DNA of 64,000 bases from Cyclobacteriaceae bacterium (GTDB lineage Bacteria; Bacteroidota; Bacteroidia; Cytophagales; Cyclobacteriaceae): the NCBI GenBank assembly GCA_050306095.1, contig JBNLGO010000004.1, positions 14 through 64,013 on the forward strand, given 5' to 3'. Shown piece by piece: positions 1 to 9,518 of the stretch; positions within the stretch are counted from its first letter, which is position 1; every line of letters begins with the position of its first letter. Below the pieces are notes generated by a model. That model had not been told where the DNA came from. It saw only the letters and a program-made list of their open reading frames with translations, and made no database searches. Made by a program: the position numbers and the translations under genes.

Positions 1-971
1 GCTTTTTGCCAATAACCTTCTTTATCTTTTTCTGATACCCAGATATCCCGCTTTCCGGAGCCTCCTGCCCTGTCAGAAACAAAATACAGCTTTCGTCCAT
101 CTGCAGACAAACTGGGTTGGGATTCCCATGATTTTGAATTGACATTAGGCCCCAGGTTTTTAGGCACCGTCCATTCAGAACCTACTTTAAAAGTTATATA
201 TAAATCACATCCACCATAGCTCTTTCTGCCCTCACAGGTTGTAAAAATTAAAATCTGACCATCAGCAGAAATGGTGCATGTGCCTTCGTTGAATTGGGAA
301 TTTATATTTTGTGATATGGGCGCAGGAAGAGACCATTTTCCATTTTCATCTTTGTGACAAACATAAAGATCTTCATCATCATAAAAAGAAACCCCGCGCC
401 TACCTGTAAAAAAAATTGTTTTTTGATCAGCAGTTAATACTGGAAAATATTGTAGAGGCAAAGCATTAACCTCTCTTGGCATTTGTTGAGGATCAAAATC
501 TACAGGTTTTTGAATGTTTTCAATGGCATAATTCGTTTTTTCTACCAGCACCTCTGATTCTTTGCGAATTTTATCGTCAATTTTATCCCCTTCCAGAAAA
601 GCGGTAATTAGATCCTTTGACTTCTGATATTCCCCTTGGTGATAATAGACATTCGCCAGTAAATACTTTGAATTTGGGTATTTATTGTTTTTATCCAGCC
701 TTACTACTTCTTCGAGGTGAATTTGTTGATGCTCTTTATCTTTTAAAATTTCAAAACAAAACGCCAGCTTATTATGTGCTTCAATAAAATTTTGATCTTT
801 TTGTAATGCCAAAAATAAAGTATTGATTCCCCTGGTAAAATCTCTTTGGTGAATGTAGGTACTCGCCTGTTCGTAATAATTTATTGCTTTTTTATTCTTA
901 GTAGAATAGCTGTTTTGGGCGTAAATAAAGGATGTGCTAAATAGAAGTAATATTATTAAAGTATATCTCAT
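1..971 (-). CDS. TPR plus PD40/TolB-like beta-propeller repeat protein, N-terminal 323 codons only (3' end lies beyond the window start). Proteins of this kind usually end in an OmpA-like domain.
   Basis: Manual minus-strand translation from ATG 971..969 gives a signal peptide (MRYTLIILLLFSTSFIYAQ) and TPR-like helices (ANVYYHQGEYQKS). PD40-type repeats follow (SQPSLSADGRKLYFVSDR..GKRDIWV). The frame is open to position 1, and the ORF is missing from the track because it is truncated. Confidence 0.6.
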   Translation of the reverse strand, partial: MRYTLIILLLFSTSFIYAQNSYSTKNKKAINYYEQASTYIHQRDFTRGINTLFLALQKDQNFIEAHNKLAFCFEILKDKEHQQIHLEEVVRLDKNNKYPNSKYLLANVYYHQGEYQKSKDLITAFLEGDKIDDKIRKESEVLVEKTNYAIENIQKPVDFDPQQMPREVNALPLQYFPVLTADQKTIFFTGRRGVSFYDDEDLYVCHKDENGKWSLPAPISQNINSQFNEGTCTISADGQILIFTTCEGRKSYGGCDLYITFKVGSEWTVPKNLGPNVNSKSWESQPSLSADGRKLYFVSDRAGGSGKRDIWVSEKDKEGYWQK

Positions 972-973
972 CA

Positions 974-1582
974 TTAAGGAATATCCATAAACTTATGAAT
1001 CTGTAACGATATTTCCCAATGAGGATTTTCTTTCACATGATTAATTATCAAAGGAGTTATTTCTTTAGCCTTCGACCATTCAGGTTGCAAATAAAGATGG
1101 GCATCACTATTCATTTCCCTTCGCAATTCTTCTGCCCACTTTAAATCTGAGGGATGATAGATGACCACTTTTAATTCATTGGCCTTTTCAAAATACACCT
1201 TTTCAGGCTTTTTAAATTTCTTAGGAGAGAAACATATCCAATCCCAATTTCCGGACAAAGGATAAGCACCTGATGTTTCAACGTGCGTCTTTTTACCTGA
1301 TGTCTGTAAAGCAGCAGTAAGTTGATCTAAATTATACATTAAGGGCTCACCTCCCGTAATGATGACAATTTCACTTTTATAATTATTGGCTACTGCTACT
1401 AACTCATCTGTCGTTAAGGATGGATAGCCTTCTGTCTGCCAGGAATCTTTCACATCACACCAAACGCACCCTACATCACACCCTGCTAAACGGATAAAAC
1501 TTGCCGCTTTACCCTGATGAAACCCTTCTCCCTGAATACTATAAAAGGATTCCATCAATGGAAGTTTACCCGTCTCCTCCAT
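974..1582 (-). CDS. queE: 7-carboxy-7-deazaguanine synthase (radical SAM, queuosine pathway)
   Basis: 202-aa ORF with SIQGEGFHQGKAASFIRLAGCDVGCVWCD (CX3CX2C cluster site) and ITGGEP, which is typical of QueE. Confidence 0.9.
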   Translation of the reverse strand: MEETGKLPLMESFYSIQGEGFHQGKAASFIRLAGCDVGCVWCDVKDSWQTEGYPSLTTDELVAVANNYKSEIVIITGGEPLMYNLDQLTAALQTSGKKTHVETSGAYPLSGNWDWICFSPKKFKKPEKVYFEKANELKVVIYHPSDLKWAEELRREMNSDAHLYLQPEWSKAKEITPLIINHVKENPHWEISLQIHKFMDIP

Positions 1583-1589
1583 AAAAGAA

Positions 1590-2462
1590 TTAGGCTTTTG
1601 TGGCTAATAGTGTATTATATAATAATGCGGCGATGGTCATCGGACCAACACCTCCCGGAACCGGAGTGATTTTAGATGCGATTTCTGAAACCTCATCAAA
1701 CTTCACATCTCCTTTTAGCCGGAAACCACTTTTCCTGGTGGCATCTGAAACACGGTGGATACCCACATCAATGATCACAGCATCTTTTTTGACCATATCT
1801 GCCGTCACAAATTCTGGTTGTCCTATGGCTACTACTAAAATATCTGCTTGCTTAGTAATAGAAGCCATATCTTTGGTTCTACTGTGCACTTGGGTTACTG
1901 TGCTATTTCCTGGTTTTGATTTTCTTGATAGAAGAATACTAATCGGGGTGCCAACAGTATGGCTTCTCCCCATAACTACCACATGTTTACCTTCTGTTTC
2001 AATGCCGTTTTTCTCTAATAATAGCATGACTCCCTTTGGAGTAGCTGGTACCATGCCTGGCAAGCCAAGCACCATATTACCCATATTCACAGGATGAAAG
2101 CCATCCACATCTTTTTTAGGATCGATAGCATCCACAACCTTTTGTTCATCAATATGCGATGGAAGTGGAACCTGAACAATAAAACCGTCTATTTCCGGAT
2201 TATTATTTAATTCATCTACTTTTTGAAGTAATTCCTCCTCTGAAGTTGAAGCTGGAAGATGCACTAAAGTTGACCCAAAACCAACTCGTTCGCAAGCCTT
2301 AACTTTTGCATTGACATAAGTCACGCTCGCACCATCATCACCTACTAATACCGCTGCCAGATGAGGAATTTTCCCACCTTGATTTTGAATTATTTTTACT
2401 TCTTCAGCCAGTTCATCCTGGATTTTGAGAGAAGTTGCTTTTCCATCTATTAATTCAGCCAT
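1590..2462 (-). CDS. folD: Bifunctional methylenetetrahydrofolate dehydrogenase / methenyl-THF cyclohydrolase
   Basis: 290 aa with FolD hallmarks LAAVLVGDDGASVTYV, VVVMGRSHTVG and PVPGGVGPMT. Confidence 0.95.
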   Translation of the reverse strand: MAELIDGKATSLKIQDELAEEVKIIQNQGGKIPHLAAVLVGDDGASVTYVNAKVKACERVGFGSTLVHLPASTSEEELLQKVDELNNNPEIDGFIVQVPLPSHIDEQKVVDAIDPKKDVDGFHPVNMGNMVLGLPGMVPATPKGVMLLLEKNGIETEGKHVVVMGRSHTVGTPISILLSRKSKPGNSTVTQVHSRTKDMASITKQADILVVAIGQPEFVTADMVKKDAVIIDVGIHRVSDATRKSGFRLKGDVKFDEVSEIASKITPVPGGVGPMTIAALLYNTLLATKA

Positions 2463-2570
2463 TTTGTATTAGTTATTGAGTTAATATGTGAATAGTTTAT
2501 TTGGGTAAAAGAGTAATATATTATATTTCAAATTCAAAATCGAATTTATAAAAATCCGATTTCTTTAGAA

Positions 2571-4358
2571 TTAATCTAATTTTAAGACTGCCATGAATGC
2601 TTCCTGAGGAATTTCCACATTTCCTACATTACGCATCCGCTTTTTACCTTTCTTCTGCTTTTCTAATAGTTTTCGTTTCCTGGTAATATCACCGCCATAA
2701 CACTTTGCTATCACGTTTTTTCGCAATGCTTTTATGGTTTCCCTTGCAATAATCTTCGTGCCAATTGCCGCTTGTATTGCAATTTCGAACATTTGTCGTG
2801 GAAGTAGTGTCCGTAATTTTTCACATAATCGCTTACCCCAATCATACGCTTTATCCCTATGAACAATAGCTGATAAGGCATCCACCTTTTCGCTGTTTAG
2901 CATTACATCAAGCTTCACCATGCTTGACTGCCGATATCCGATTAATTCATAATCTAATGAGGCATAACCCTTTGAAATAGTTTTCAACTTATCGAAGAAA
3001 TCGAATACTATCTCTGACAATGGTAACTCAAAGATCAACTCTACGCGATCTGTTGTAAGGTAAGTTTGATTGATAATGACTCCCCTCTTATCCATACAAA
3101 GGGCAATAACCGGCCCGATAAAATCACTTTTAGTAATTATTTGAGCTTTGATAAATGGCTCTTCGATATGTGAAATGGTATTGGGTTCCGGCATTTCGGA
3201 TGGTGCGTTTACTGCTTGAAATGTTCCGTCCGTTTTGACTGCTCTAAACTCAACAGATGGTACAGTGGTAATGACCGTCATATCAAATTCTCTTTCAAGA
3301 CGCTCCTGAACGATTTCCATATGGAGCATACCCAGAAAGCCACACCTGAAACCAAAACCTAATGCGGCCGAGGTTTCTGGCTCCCATACTAAAGATGCAT
3401 CGTTTAATTGCAGCTTTTCCATTGAAGCTCGAAGTTCTTCAAATTCACTCGTTTCAACAGGATAAATTCCTGCAAACACCATTGGCTTGACATCTTCAAA
3501 CCCTTTGATAGCTTTTTGGCAGGGTCTCTCCACATGGGTAATGGTGTCCCCAACTTTTACTTCACTTGCTACCTTTATTCCTGAAATCAAATATCCTACG
3601 TTTCCTGAGGAAAGCGAATCTTTTGGTGTGTTTTGTAACTTCATCACACCTATTTCATCAGCGTTGTAGGTTTTACCGGTATTGACAAATTTAACTTTGT
3701 CGCCTTTTTTTAATGTCCCATTGAAGATTCTAAAGATAACTTCTACTCCCCGATAAGAATTGAACTCGGAGTCAAAGATCATCGCCTGAAGCTCACCTTC
3801 TGGCTCACCTGAAGGTGGATCAACTCTCTCTACAATTGCTTTCAGAATATCTTCTATACCTATTCCTTCTTTTCCACTTGCATAAATCACTTCATCTTCC
3901 TCACATCCGATGAGATCCATTACCTGGTCTTTAACCACTTCAGGTTCTGCTCCCGGAAGATCAATTTTATTAAGTACAGGAATTATCTTTAAATCGTGTT
4001 CAAGCGCCAGATAAAGATTAGAAATCGTCTGCGCTTCAATTCCCTGGGAAGCGTCTACTATAAGTAGTGCTCCTTCACAGGCAGCAATCGATCGGGAAAC
4101 TTCATATGAAAAATCCACGTGTCCTGGAGTATCAATGAGGTTAAGAATATAATCCTCCCCCTCGTATTGATAGTTCATCTGAATAGCGTGGCTCTTTATA
4201 GTAATGCCCCTCTCTCTTTCCAGATCCATATCATCTAGCAATTGATTTTGCATTTCCCTTCCTGTAACAGTTTGGGTAGTTTCCAGCAGCCTGTCAGCCA
4301 GGGTGCTTTTACCATGATCTATATGCGCGATGATGCAAAAATTACGAATGTTTTCCAT
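2571..4358 (-). CDS. lepA: Translation elongation factor 4 (LepA)
   Basis: 595 aa with GTPase motifs [14 protein letters not shown] and NKID. The LepA-specific C-terminal region is present ([22 protein letters not shown]). Confidence 0.97.
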   Translation of the reverse strand: MENIRNFCIIAHIDHGKSTLADRLLETTQTVTGREMQNQLLDDMDLERERGITIKSHAIQMNYQYEGEDYILNLIDTPGHVDFSYEVSRSIAACEGALLIVDASQGIEAQTISNLYLALEHDLKIIPVLNKIDLPGAEPEVVKDQVMDLIGCEEDEVIYASGKEGIGIEDILKAIVERVDPPSGEPEGELQAMIFDSEFNSYRGVEVIFRIFNGTLKKGDKVKFVNTGKTYNADEIGVMKLQNTPKDSLSSGNVGYLISGIKVASEVKVGDTITHVERPCQKAIKGFEDVKPMVFAGIYPVETSEFEELRASMEKLQLNDASLVWEPETSAALGFGFRCGFLGMLHMEIVQERLEREFDMTVITTVPSVEFRAVKTDGTFQAVNAPSEMPEPNTISHIEEPFIKAQIITKSDFIGPVIALCMDKRGVIINQTYLTTDRVELIFELPLSEIVFDFFDKLKTISKGYASLDYELIGYRQSSMVKLDVMLNSEKVDALSAIVHRDKAYDWGKRLCEKLRTLLPRQMFEIAIQAAIGTKIIARETIKALRKNVIAKCYGGDITRKRKLLEKQKKGKKRMRNVGNVEIPQEAFMAVLKLD

Positions 4359-4427
4359 GCTTATTTATAAAGAAACGCAAAGGTAGTAAAAAGGAAAATT
4401 TTTAAAGGTTGATCAGGGTAATTATTA

Positions 4428-5678
4428 TTAAATCACCCGCTTAAGTTGAAAACGTTTTATAAGCTTATCACCATCTCTGGATATTTCTAACCTCAACCGT
4501 TTTCCATCTTTTGAATTAAAAAACTTGTATGCGGTAGTTAAAGTCAGGTTTTCGCCCATCACATTATTAATAGAAAGCACAATATCATTTTTTTTAATGC
4601 CAGCCTGTTCTGCAGGAGAATTTTTTCGGATACTGGTAACACGCAAACTTTCTAAATCATTTCCGATCGCTTCCAGCTCAATTCCACTCATGTTATACTC
4701 GAAATTATCATCGACCAACCCTGCCTTTTTCAAATATATTTTTTCATTTACATAATCCAACACCACTCTAAAACGGCTTAAAATTTCACCTCCAATAGTA
4801 CCATTTTTATTGAATTGACTTATGGAATCCGGATACTCATCTTTATCAGGAAATGAAGCTATCACTTCCTCAAATGTGTATTTTCCCATTTTCACATGTT
4901 GAATCCTGGCCAAATGACCACGGACTTCACCCGTCAAACCTCTACCTAAAACCGATCGAATGTTTTTATCAGGAATCCGGACATGATCTTCTGATTCAGG
5001 GTGGATAACAATGGAATGACTGGCACCTGTATCTATTAAAAAGTTGCCTTTATAAACTTTTCCACTATCTATACTAAATTCAATATTCACATAGGGTTTT
5101 GTTACTACTAAATCCATATCTAACACTTCCCACCTTCTCTTTGGCTTAAAGCGAGCAGGATCATACAGTACCAACCTTTTTTCATGGTAATTTATTTCTA
5201 CAATAAACCGGCTAAAAATTTCATATCCCAGTATTCCATGTACCTGATGACCAAGCTGATTTTTGAGGTGTAAATAATCTTCTTCTAATGCTAAAATGGA
5301 TTGTTGATATCCTGTAATTCCAGGAAGTTTAATTTCAACTCCTTTTGTAACATATGCTGCAACAGCCGTCTTTTCACCTACTCCTAGAATTGATATCTTT
5401 CTTAGATAACCTACACCTAACAAATCAGTTATTTCTTTCTCAAAGAGAATGGAAGAGCTCACCCCTGTATCAAGGATAAATTTTAAAGGGAGGTGATCAT
5501 TGAGAATTACAGGTATTAGAATTAGATTATTATACGTTTCAAACGGTATTACCCTTCGTCGTGAGCCATCATTGATATTAAAACCAATTTTTTGTGCACA
5601 AACATTTGTGAGGAAGAGACATGAACATGCCAATACAAATAGTCCCTTGAACAAAGTTTCCTTCACTTTTAAGTGCAA
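4428..5678 (-). CDS. Secreted protein with two retropepsin-like aspartyl protease domains and a C-terminal PDZ domain
   Basis: 416 aa with a signal-like N-terminus and two Asp-Thr-Gly active-site motifs (ILDTGVSSS and LIDTGASHS). The C-terminus is PDZ-like (SPAEQAGIKKNDIVLSINN). The track start is a TTG, so the exact start is uncertain. Confidence 0.7.
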   Translation of the reverse strand: MHLKVKETLFKGLFVLACSCLFLTNVCAQKIGFNINDGSRRRVIPFETYNNLILIPVILNDHLPLKFILDTGVSSSILFEKEITDLLGVGYLRKISILGVGEKTAVAAYVTKGVEIKLPGITGYQQSILALEEDYLHLKNQLGHQVHGILGYEIFSRFIVEINYHEKRLVLYDPARFKPKRRWEVLDMDLVVTKPYVNIEFSIDSGKVYKGNFLIDTGASHSIVIHPESEDHVRIPDKNIRSVLGRGLTGEVRGHLARIQHVKMGKYTFEEVIASFPDKDEYPDSISQFNKNGTIGGEILSRFRVVLDYVNEKIYLKKAGLVDDNFEYNMSGIELEAIGNDLESLRVTSIRKNSPAEQAGIKKNDIVLSINNVMGENLTLTTAYKFFNSKDGKRLRLEISRDGDKLIKRFQLKRVI

Positions 5679-5715
5679 TTGGTGATCGAAATGTAAAATA
5701 TAAATTTTATGGTAT

Positions 5716-6240
5716 TTAGGAGGATAATTTATTAAAAACCTCTTTTTTATTCATTTTAAGAAAAACAAATATTTGCCAAAACCCACATAGAGTCAATATA
5801 GCAACAAATACAGAGAGAGGGGGTAAAATATTTAATAAGGTGTATTCCTGGTGATAACTGGTAGAAAATTGATAATGCGTATCAAATATTACGATAGAAA
5901 TAATACCTGAAATGAGAATAATCAATACATGTTCCATAAAAAAGAGCCACAATAGCTTTCTTCTTTTTACACCAAACCACTTCCAAACAAAAATTTCTTT
6001 TAGTCTCAGATGAATAGTTTGACGCTGTATGAAGTTATAACTTAAGCAAGTAACTAATAGAATAGAGACAGGTGCGATAAGTCTGTATTCATTTTCAAGT
6101 ATTTGAATACTGAAAGTGTTTTTAAAAAACCAGAAATACATGAAAAATGAGATCCCAATAATGTTTGAGACTGTCTTGGCAATTGTCAGAGGTAAATAGG
6201 CTCTGAAAAATCGAATATTACTCTTAAACCAAATATTCAT
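5716..6240 (-). CDS. Small multi-pass membrane protein resembling a minimal FtsX-like permease (N-terminal TM plus FtsX-type C-terminal helices, no periplasmic domain)
   Basis: 174 aa. The N-terminus (RAYLPLTIAKTVSNIIGISFF) resembles the first TM of MacB/FtsX-like permeases. KEIFVWKWFGVKRRKLLWLFFMEHVLIILISG resembles the KEIGIRKxLGAxxxxL motif. The call rests on by-eye similarity only. Confidence 0.35.
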   Translation of the reverse strand: MNIWFKSNIRFFRAYLPLTIAKTVSNIIGISFFMYFWFFKNTFSIQILENEYRLIAPVSILLVTCLSYNFIQRQTIHLRLKEIFVWKWFGVKRRKLLWLFFMEHVLIILISGIISIVIFDTHYQFSTSYHQEYTLLNILPPLSVFVAILTLCGFWQIFVFLKMNKKEVFNKLSS

Positions 6241-6463
6241 ATTCGCTATTTAACAATAAGCATGCCCTTTGGATTTATTGCCAGTTTCTTCGGTTTAAAT
6301 GCACTTTGGAATTATAAGATGTTCATTTATTTCATATTGACTGATCAAAACCGAACACAAGTGCATTTTTCATGATCAACCTCACATTATTCATCACTTT
6401 TTTAAGATTATCCACTAAATATTTCAATGATTTATATAATTTACGGGTTGATTTGCACAAAAA

Positions 6464-9409
6464 ATGAAAGTATCGGCATCCAAACCGTTTCAGATAGTTT
6501 ACTCACTTTTTCAGCATGAATACCTGGGGTATTTGTTCGAATCTTTTGTGGTAAAATTAGATGACAACCTTAAGCTCACGCTTCAGCATCAAAATATTTC
6601 ATCGCAAAATGCCCGGGAATTTGCCAAAGGACTGGATGAAAATGATTACCAGTTAATTGAATTGATGGACTCTATGCAGCAAGAGACCGTTATTAAACAC
6701 TTTAACAAACAACGCATTAAACCTCGAATCTTTTTTGATAAGGTGTTTAACGCAGAAAAAAAAGATGATCTTCTTATCGCTGAAATCCATAAATACCTGG
6801 AAAGAAGAAGATCGAAGATATTACCTCTATTAATTGGCAAATTAGTTTTTGAAATGGGTAGAGATGGTGAGCCTACCTGGAAAGAATTGGAAGTACTAAA
6901 AGATAAAGCAACGGTTCTATTTCATTTCAGGAAAAACGAAGATAACACCCATTATTTCCCTACTATTAAATACGGCGATCAAAAGGTGGAATTTAATGGC
7001 AATGGCTCCTATATCATTTGTAAATCACCAGCTTGGTTAGTTGTAGATGGACGTATCTATCACTTTGAAAAAGATGTGGATGGCAATAAGCTGGTTCCAT
7101 TTATCAAGAAAAAGTTCATCGTCATTCCCAAGAATGTAGAAGAAACGTATTATAAAAAATTTGTTGCTCCTTTAATTGCCGCATTTGATGTATATGCCAA
7201 GGGATTTGAAATAAAAACTGAAAAATTTCCTCCTTGCCCGCAATTAAGTTTTTCCGAATTAGCAGAAAACACCACCCTTACCCTATTTAACCAAAATGGT
7301 AATGGCAATGGGCAAAATGATATTCTTGAAAACGATTCAAAAATATTGTTCGAACTCTCCTTTGATTATGGGAAGTATAATTTCTCTCCTGGTCACTCCA
7401 ATGGTGTAACAGTGACAATGGATAAGGTGGATGGTCAGTACATATTTAATCGGGTAAAAAGAAATCTAAGAGAAGAAGAAAATATTATTTCCTTGCTTCA
7501 TGAGTTGGGATTGGAAATTAAGAATTCAAAATGTACCGTAAAAAAAATGCGTGCTTTTGAATGGATGGCCAATCACAAAGAAACACTGGAACAGGCAGGG
7601 TTTAAGATTTTGCAGAAAAACACTTCTAATAAAAAATACTTTTTAGGAACTAGTTCTATCTCCATTGAAGTGAAAGAAAATATTGACTGGTTTGATATTT
7701 TCGCTGTCATTAAGTTCGGTGAATTTGAAATCCCCTTCGTGGAGTTAAGAAAGCTCATTCTTAAAAAGAAAAATGAGTTTGTATTACCTAATGGTGAAAT
7801 CGGTGTCATTCCTGAAAGCTGGATCAAAGAATATTCAGAGCTTTTTGCCTTTAGTGGCGATAACAATGAAAATGAACAGGCAATAACCCTTAAAAAACAT
7901 CACCTGGCATTAGTTCAGGAACTGGAAAGTGGTAATCTGGCGAAAGTCACCATAGATAGAAAGCTACAAAAACTCCGCAACTTCCAGGAAATAGAAGATG
8001 CTCCATCACCTGACCAGTTTAATGGAGACCTTCGTCCTTACCAAAAGGCAGGCTACAATTGGCTGAAATTCCTCAATCAATATCGGTTTGGTGGTTGTCT
8101 TGCCGATGATATGGGACTAGGTAAAACAGTGCAAACTCTTGCGCTAATGCAATCATTAAAAGAATCTGGAGAAACTGTACCATCCCTTTTGATCATGCCT
8201 ACTTCCCTTATTTATAACTGGGAAATGGAAGCAAAAAAATTCACGCCTAATCTAAAAATCTATTGCTACACGGGAACCAACCGTATTAAAGATGTAAAAA
8301 GTTTTGTGGGCAAAGATTTAATTCTAACCAGCTATGGGATTACCCGGCTAGACATCGACATTCTCAAAGAATTTTATTTCAACTATGTAATTCTTGATGA
8401 AAGCCAGGCGATTAAGAACCCAAATTCTATAATCAGTAAATCGGTGAGAGAATTGAATTCTAAACATAAACTCATCCTTACTGGTACTCCTTTGGAAAAC
8501 AGTACCATGGATTTATGGGCACAAATATCATTTATCAACCCCGGGTTATTGGGTGGGAGTACGTTTTTCAGAAATGAATTTTTATTGCCAATTGAAAAGA
8601 AAAAAGACACCAAAAAAACGCAAAAGCTTCATAATATCATTAAGCCCTTTATTCTGAGAAGACATAAATCACAGGTGGCAACGGAACTTCCAGAAAAAGT
8701 GGAAAATGTAAAATACTGCTCTATGACTACCATGCAGGAAGAGTATTATGAGGAAGTAAAATCGCAGTATCGTAATGTAATCCTGGAACAAATAGAGCAA
8801 CATGGAATGGGTAAATCTCAAATGATGCTCTTGCAAGGTCTTACAAAACTTCGTCAAATAGCCAATCATCCTAAAATGATTGACCCTGAATATGGTGGAG
8901 ATTCAGGAAAAATGGAAGACGTCACCTATATGATACAAAGCGCTTTGAGTGAAGACCATAAAATTTTGATTTTCAGTCAATTCGTAAAACATCTGCAGAT
9001 TTTTTCTGATTATTTGAAATCACATAAGATTGACTTTGCTTACCTGGACGGTTCTACGAAAGATCGTATGGGGCAGGTAGAGAAATTCCAGAATGATGAC
9101 AATATCAAATTGTTCCTCATTTCTTTGAAAGCTGGTGGGTTAGGCCTCAACTTAACAAAGGCCGAGTATGTATTCCTCTTGGATCCCTGGTGGAATCCTG
9201 CCATAGAAGCACAGGCAGTTGACAGGGCACATAGAATTGGTCAGAAAAATACGGTCTTTACCTACAAGTTTATTACTAAAAACAGCGTGGAAGAAAAGAT
9301 TTTGGCATTGCAACAACACAAAAGACAATTGGCCACTGATCTTATTGTAACCGAAGATAGCTTTGTAAAAGACTTGTCAAAGGAAGATATTGAATTGCTG
9401 TTTGAATGA
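6464..9409 (+). CDS. SNF2-family (Swi2/Snf2) DEAD/H-box helicase with a large uncharacterised N-terminal region
   Basis: 981 aa. The C-terminal half has SNF2 motifs LADDMGLGKT, ILDESQAIKN, LTGTPLEN, a helicase-C region (LISLKAGGLGLNLT) and DPWWNPAIEAQAVDRAHRIGQ. Confidence 0.9.
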   Translation: MKVSASKPFQIVYSLFQHEYLGYLFESFVVKLDDNLKLTLQHQNISSQNAREFAKGLDENDYQLIELMDSMQQETVIKHFNKQRIKPRIFFDKVFNAEKKDDLLIAEIHKYLERRRSKILPLLIGKLVFEMGRDGEPTWKELEVLKDKATVLFHFRKNEDNTHYFPTIKYGDQKVEFNGNGSYIICKSPAWLVVDGRIYHFEKDVDGNKLVPFIKKKFIVIPKNVEETYYKKFVAPLIAAFDVYAKGFEIKTEKFPPCPQLSFSELAENTTLTLFNQNGNGNGQNDILENDSKILFELSFDYGKYNFSPGHSNGVTVTMDKVDGQYIFNRVKRNLREEENIISLLHELGLEIKNSKCTVKKMRAFEWMANHKETLEQAGFKILQKNTSNKKYFLGTSSISIEVKENIDWFDIFAVIKFGEFEIPFVELRKLILKKKNEFVLPNGEIGVIPESWIKEYSELFAFSGDNNENEQAITLKKHHLALVQELESGNLAKVTIDRKLQKLRNFQEIEDAPSPDQFNGDLRPYQKAGYNWLKFLNQYRFGGCLADDMGLGKTVQTLALMQSLKESGETVPSLLIMPTSLIYNWEMEAKKFTPNLKIYCYTGTNRIKDVKSFVGKDLILTSYGITRLDIDILKEFYFNYVILDESQAIKNPNSIISKSVRELNSKHKLILTGTPLENSTMDLWAQISFINPGLLGGSTFFRNEFLLPIEKKKDTKKTQKLHNIIKPFILRRHKSQVATELPEKVENVKYCSMTTMQEEYYEEVKSQYRNVILEQIEQHGMGKSQMMLLQGLTKLRQIANHPKMIDPEYGGDSGKMEDVTYMIQSALSEDHKILIFSQFVKHLQIFSDYLKSHKIDFAYLDGSTKDRMGQVEKFQNDDNIKLFLISLKAGGLGLNLTKAEYVFLLDPWWNPAIEAQAVDRAHRIGQKNTVFTYKFITKNSVEEKILALQQHKRQLATDLIVTEDSFVKDLSKEDIELLFE

Positions 9410-9518
9410 TACTTTTGTAAAAAAAATTCAGACCTGTTAATTTGTAGAATAATTATATCACACATTGTTCATAATTTTTTACCACAATGATGGTTTACTC
9501 TAGTAATAAACATTAGAC

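Noticed and set aside
1600-2097. Long ORFs antisense to well-supported genes. Examples are 1600..2097 (165 aa, opposite folD), 15165..15476, 30652..30984, 45869..46204, 47198..47623, 51961..52314, 53764..54165, 60145..60489, 61441..61870 and 62424..62735.
   Set aside because: Each lies entirely within, or opposite, a gene with strong family motifs. Their translations are low-complexity or Ser/Leu/Phe-rich with no recognisable motifs. They are typical shadow ORFs of AT-rich coding DNA.
7282-7320. An NGNGNG-encoding short repeat (ggtaatggcaatggg) within the SNF2 gene.
   Set aside because: It is a short in-frame low-complexity tract, not a tandem-repeat locus or a phase-variation-type homopolymer.
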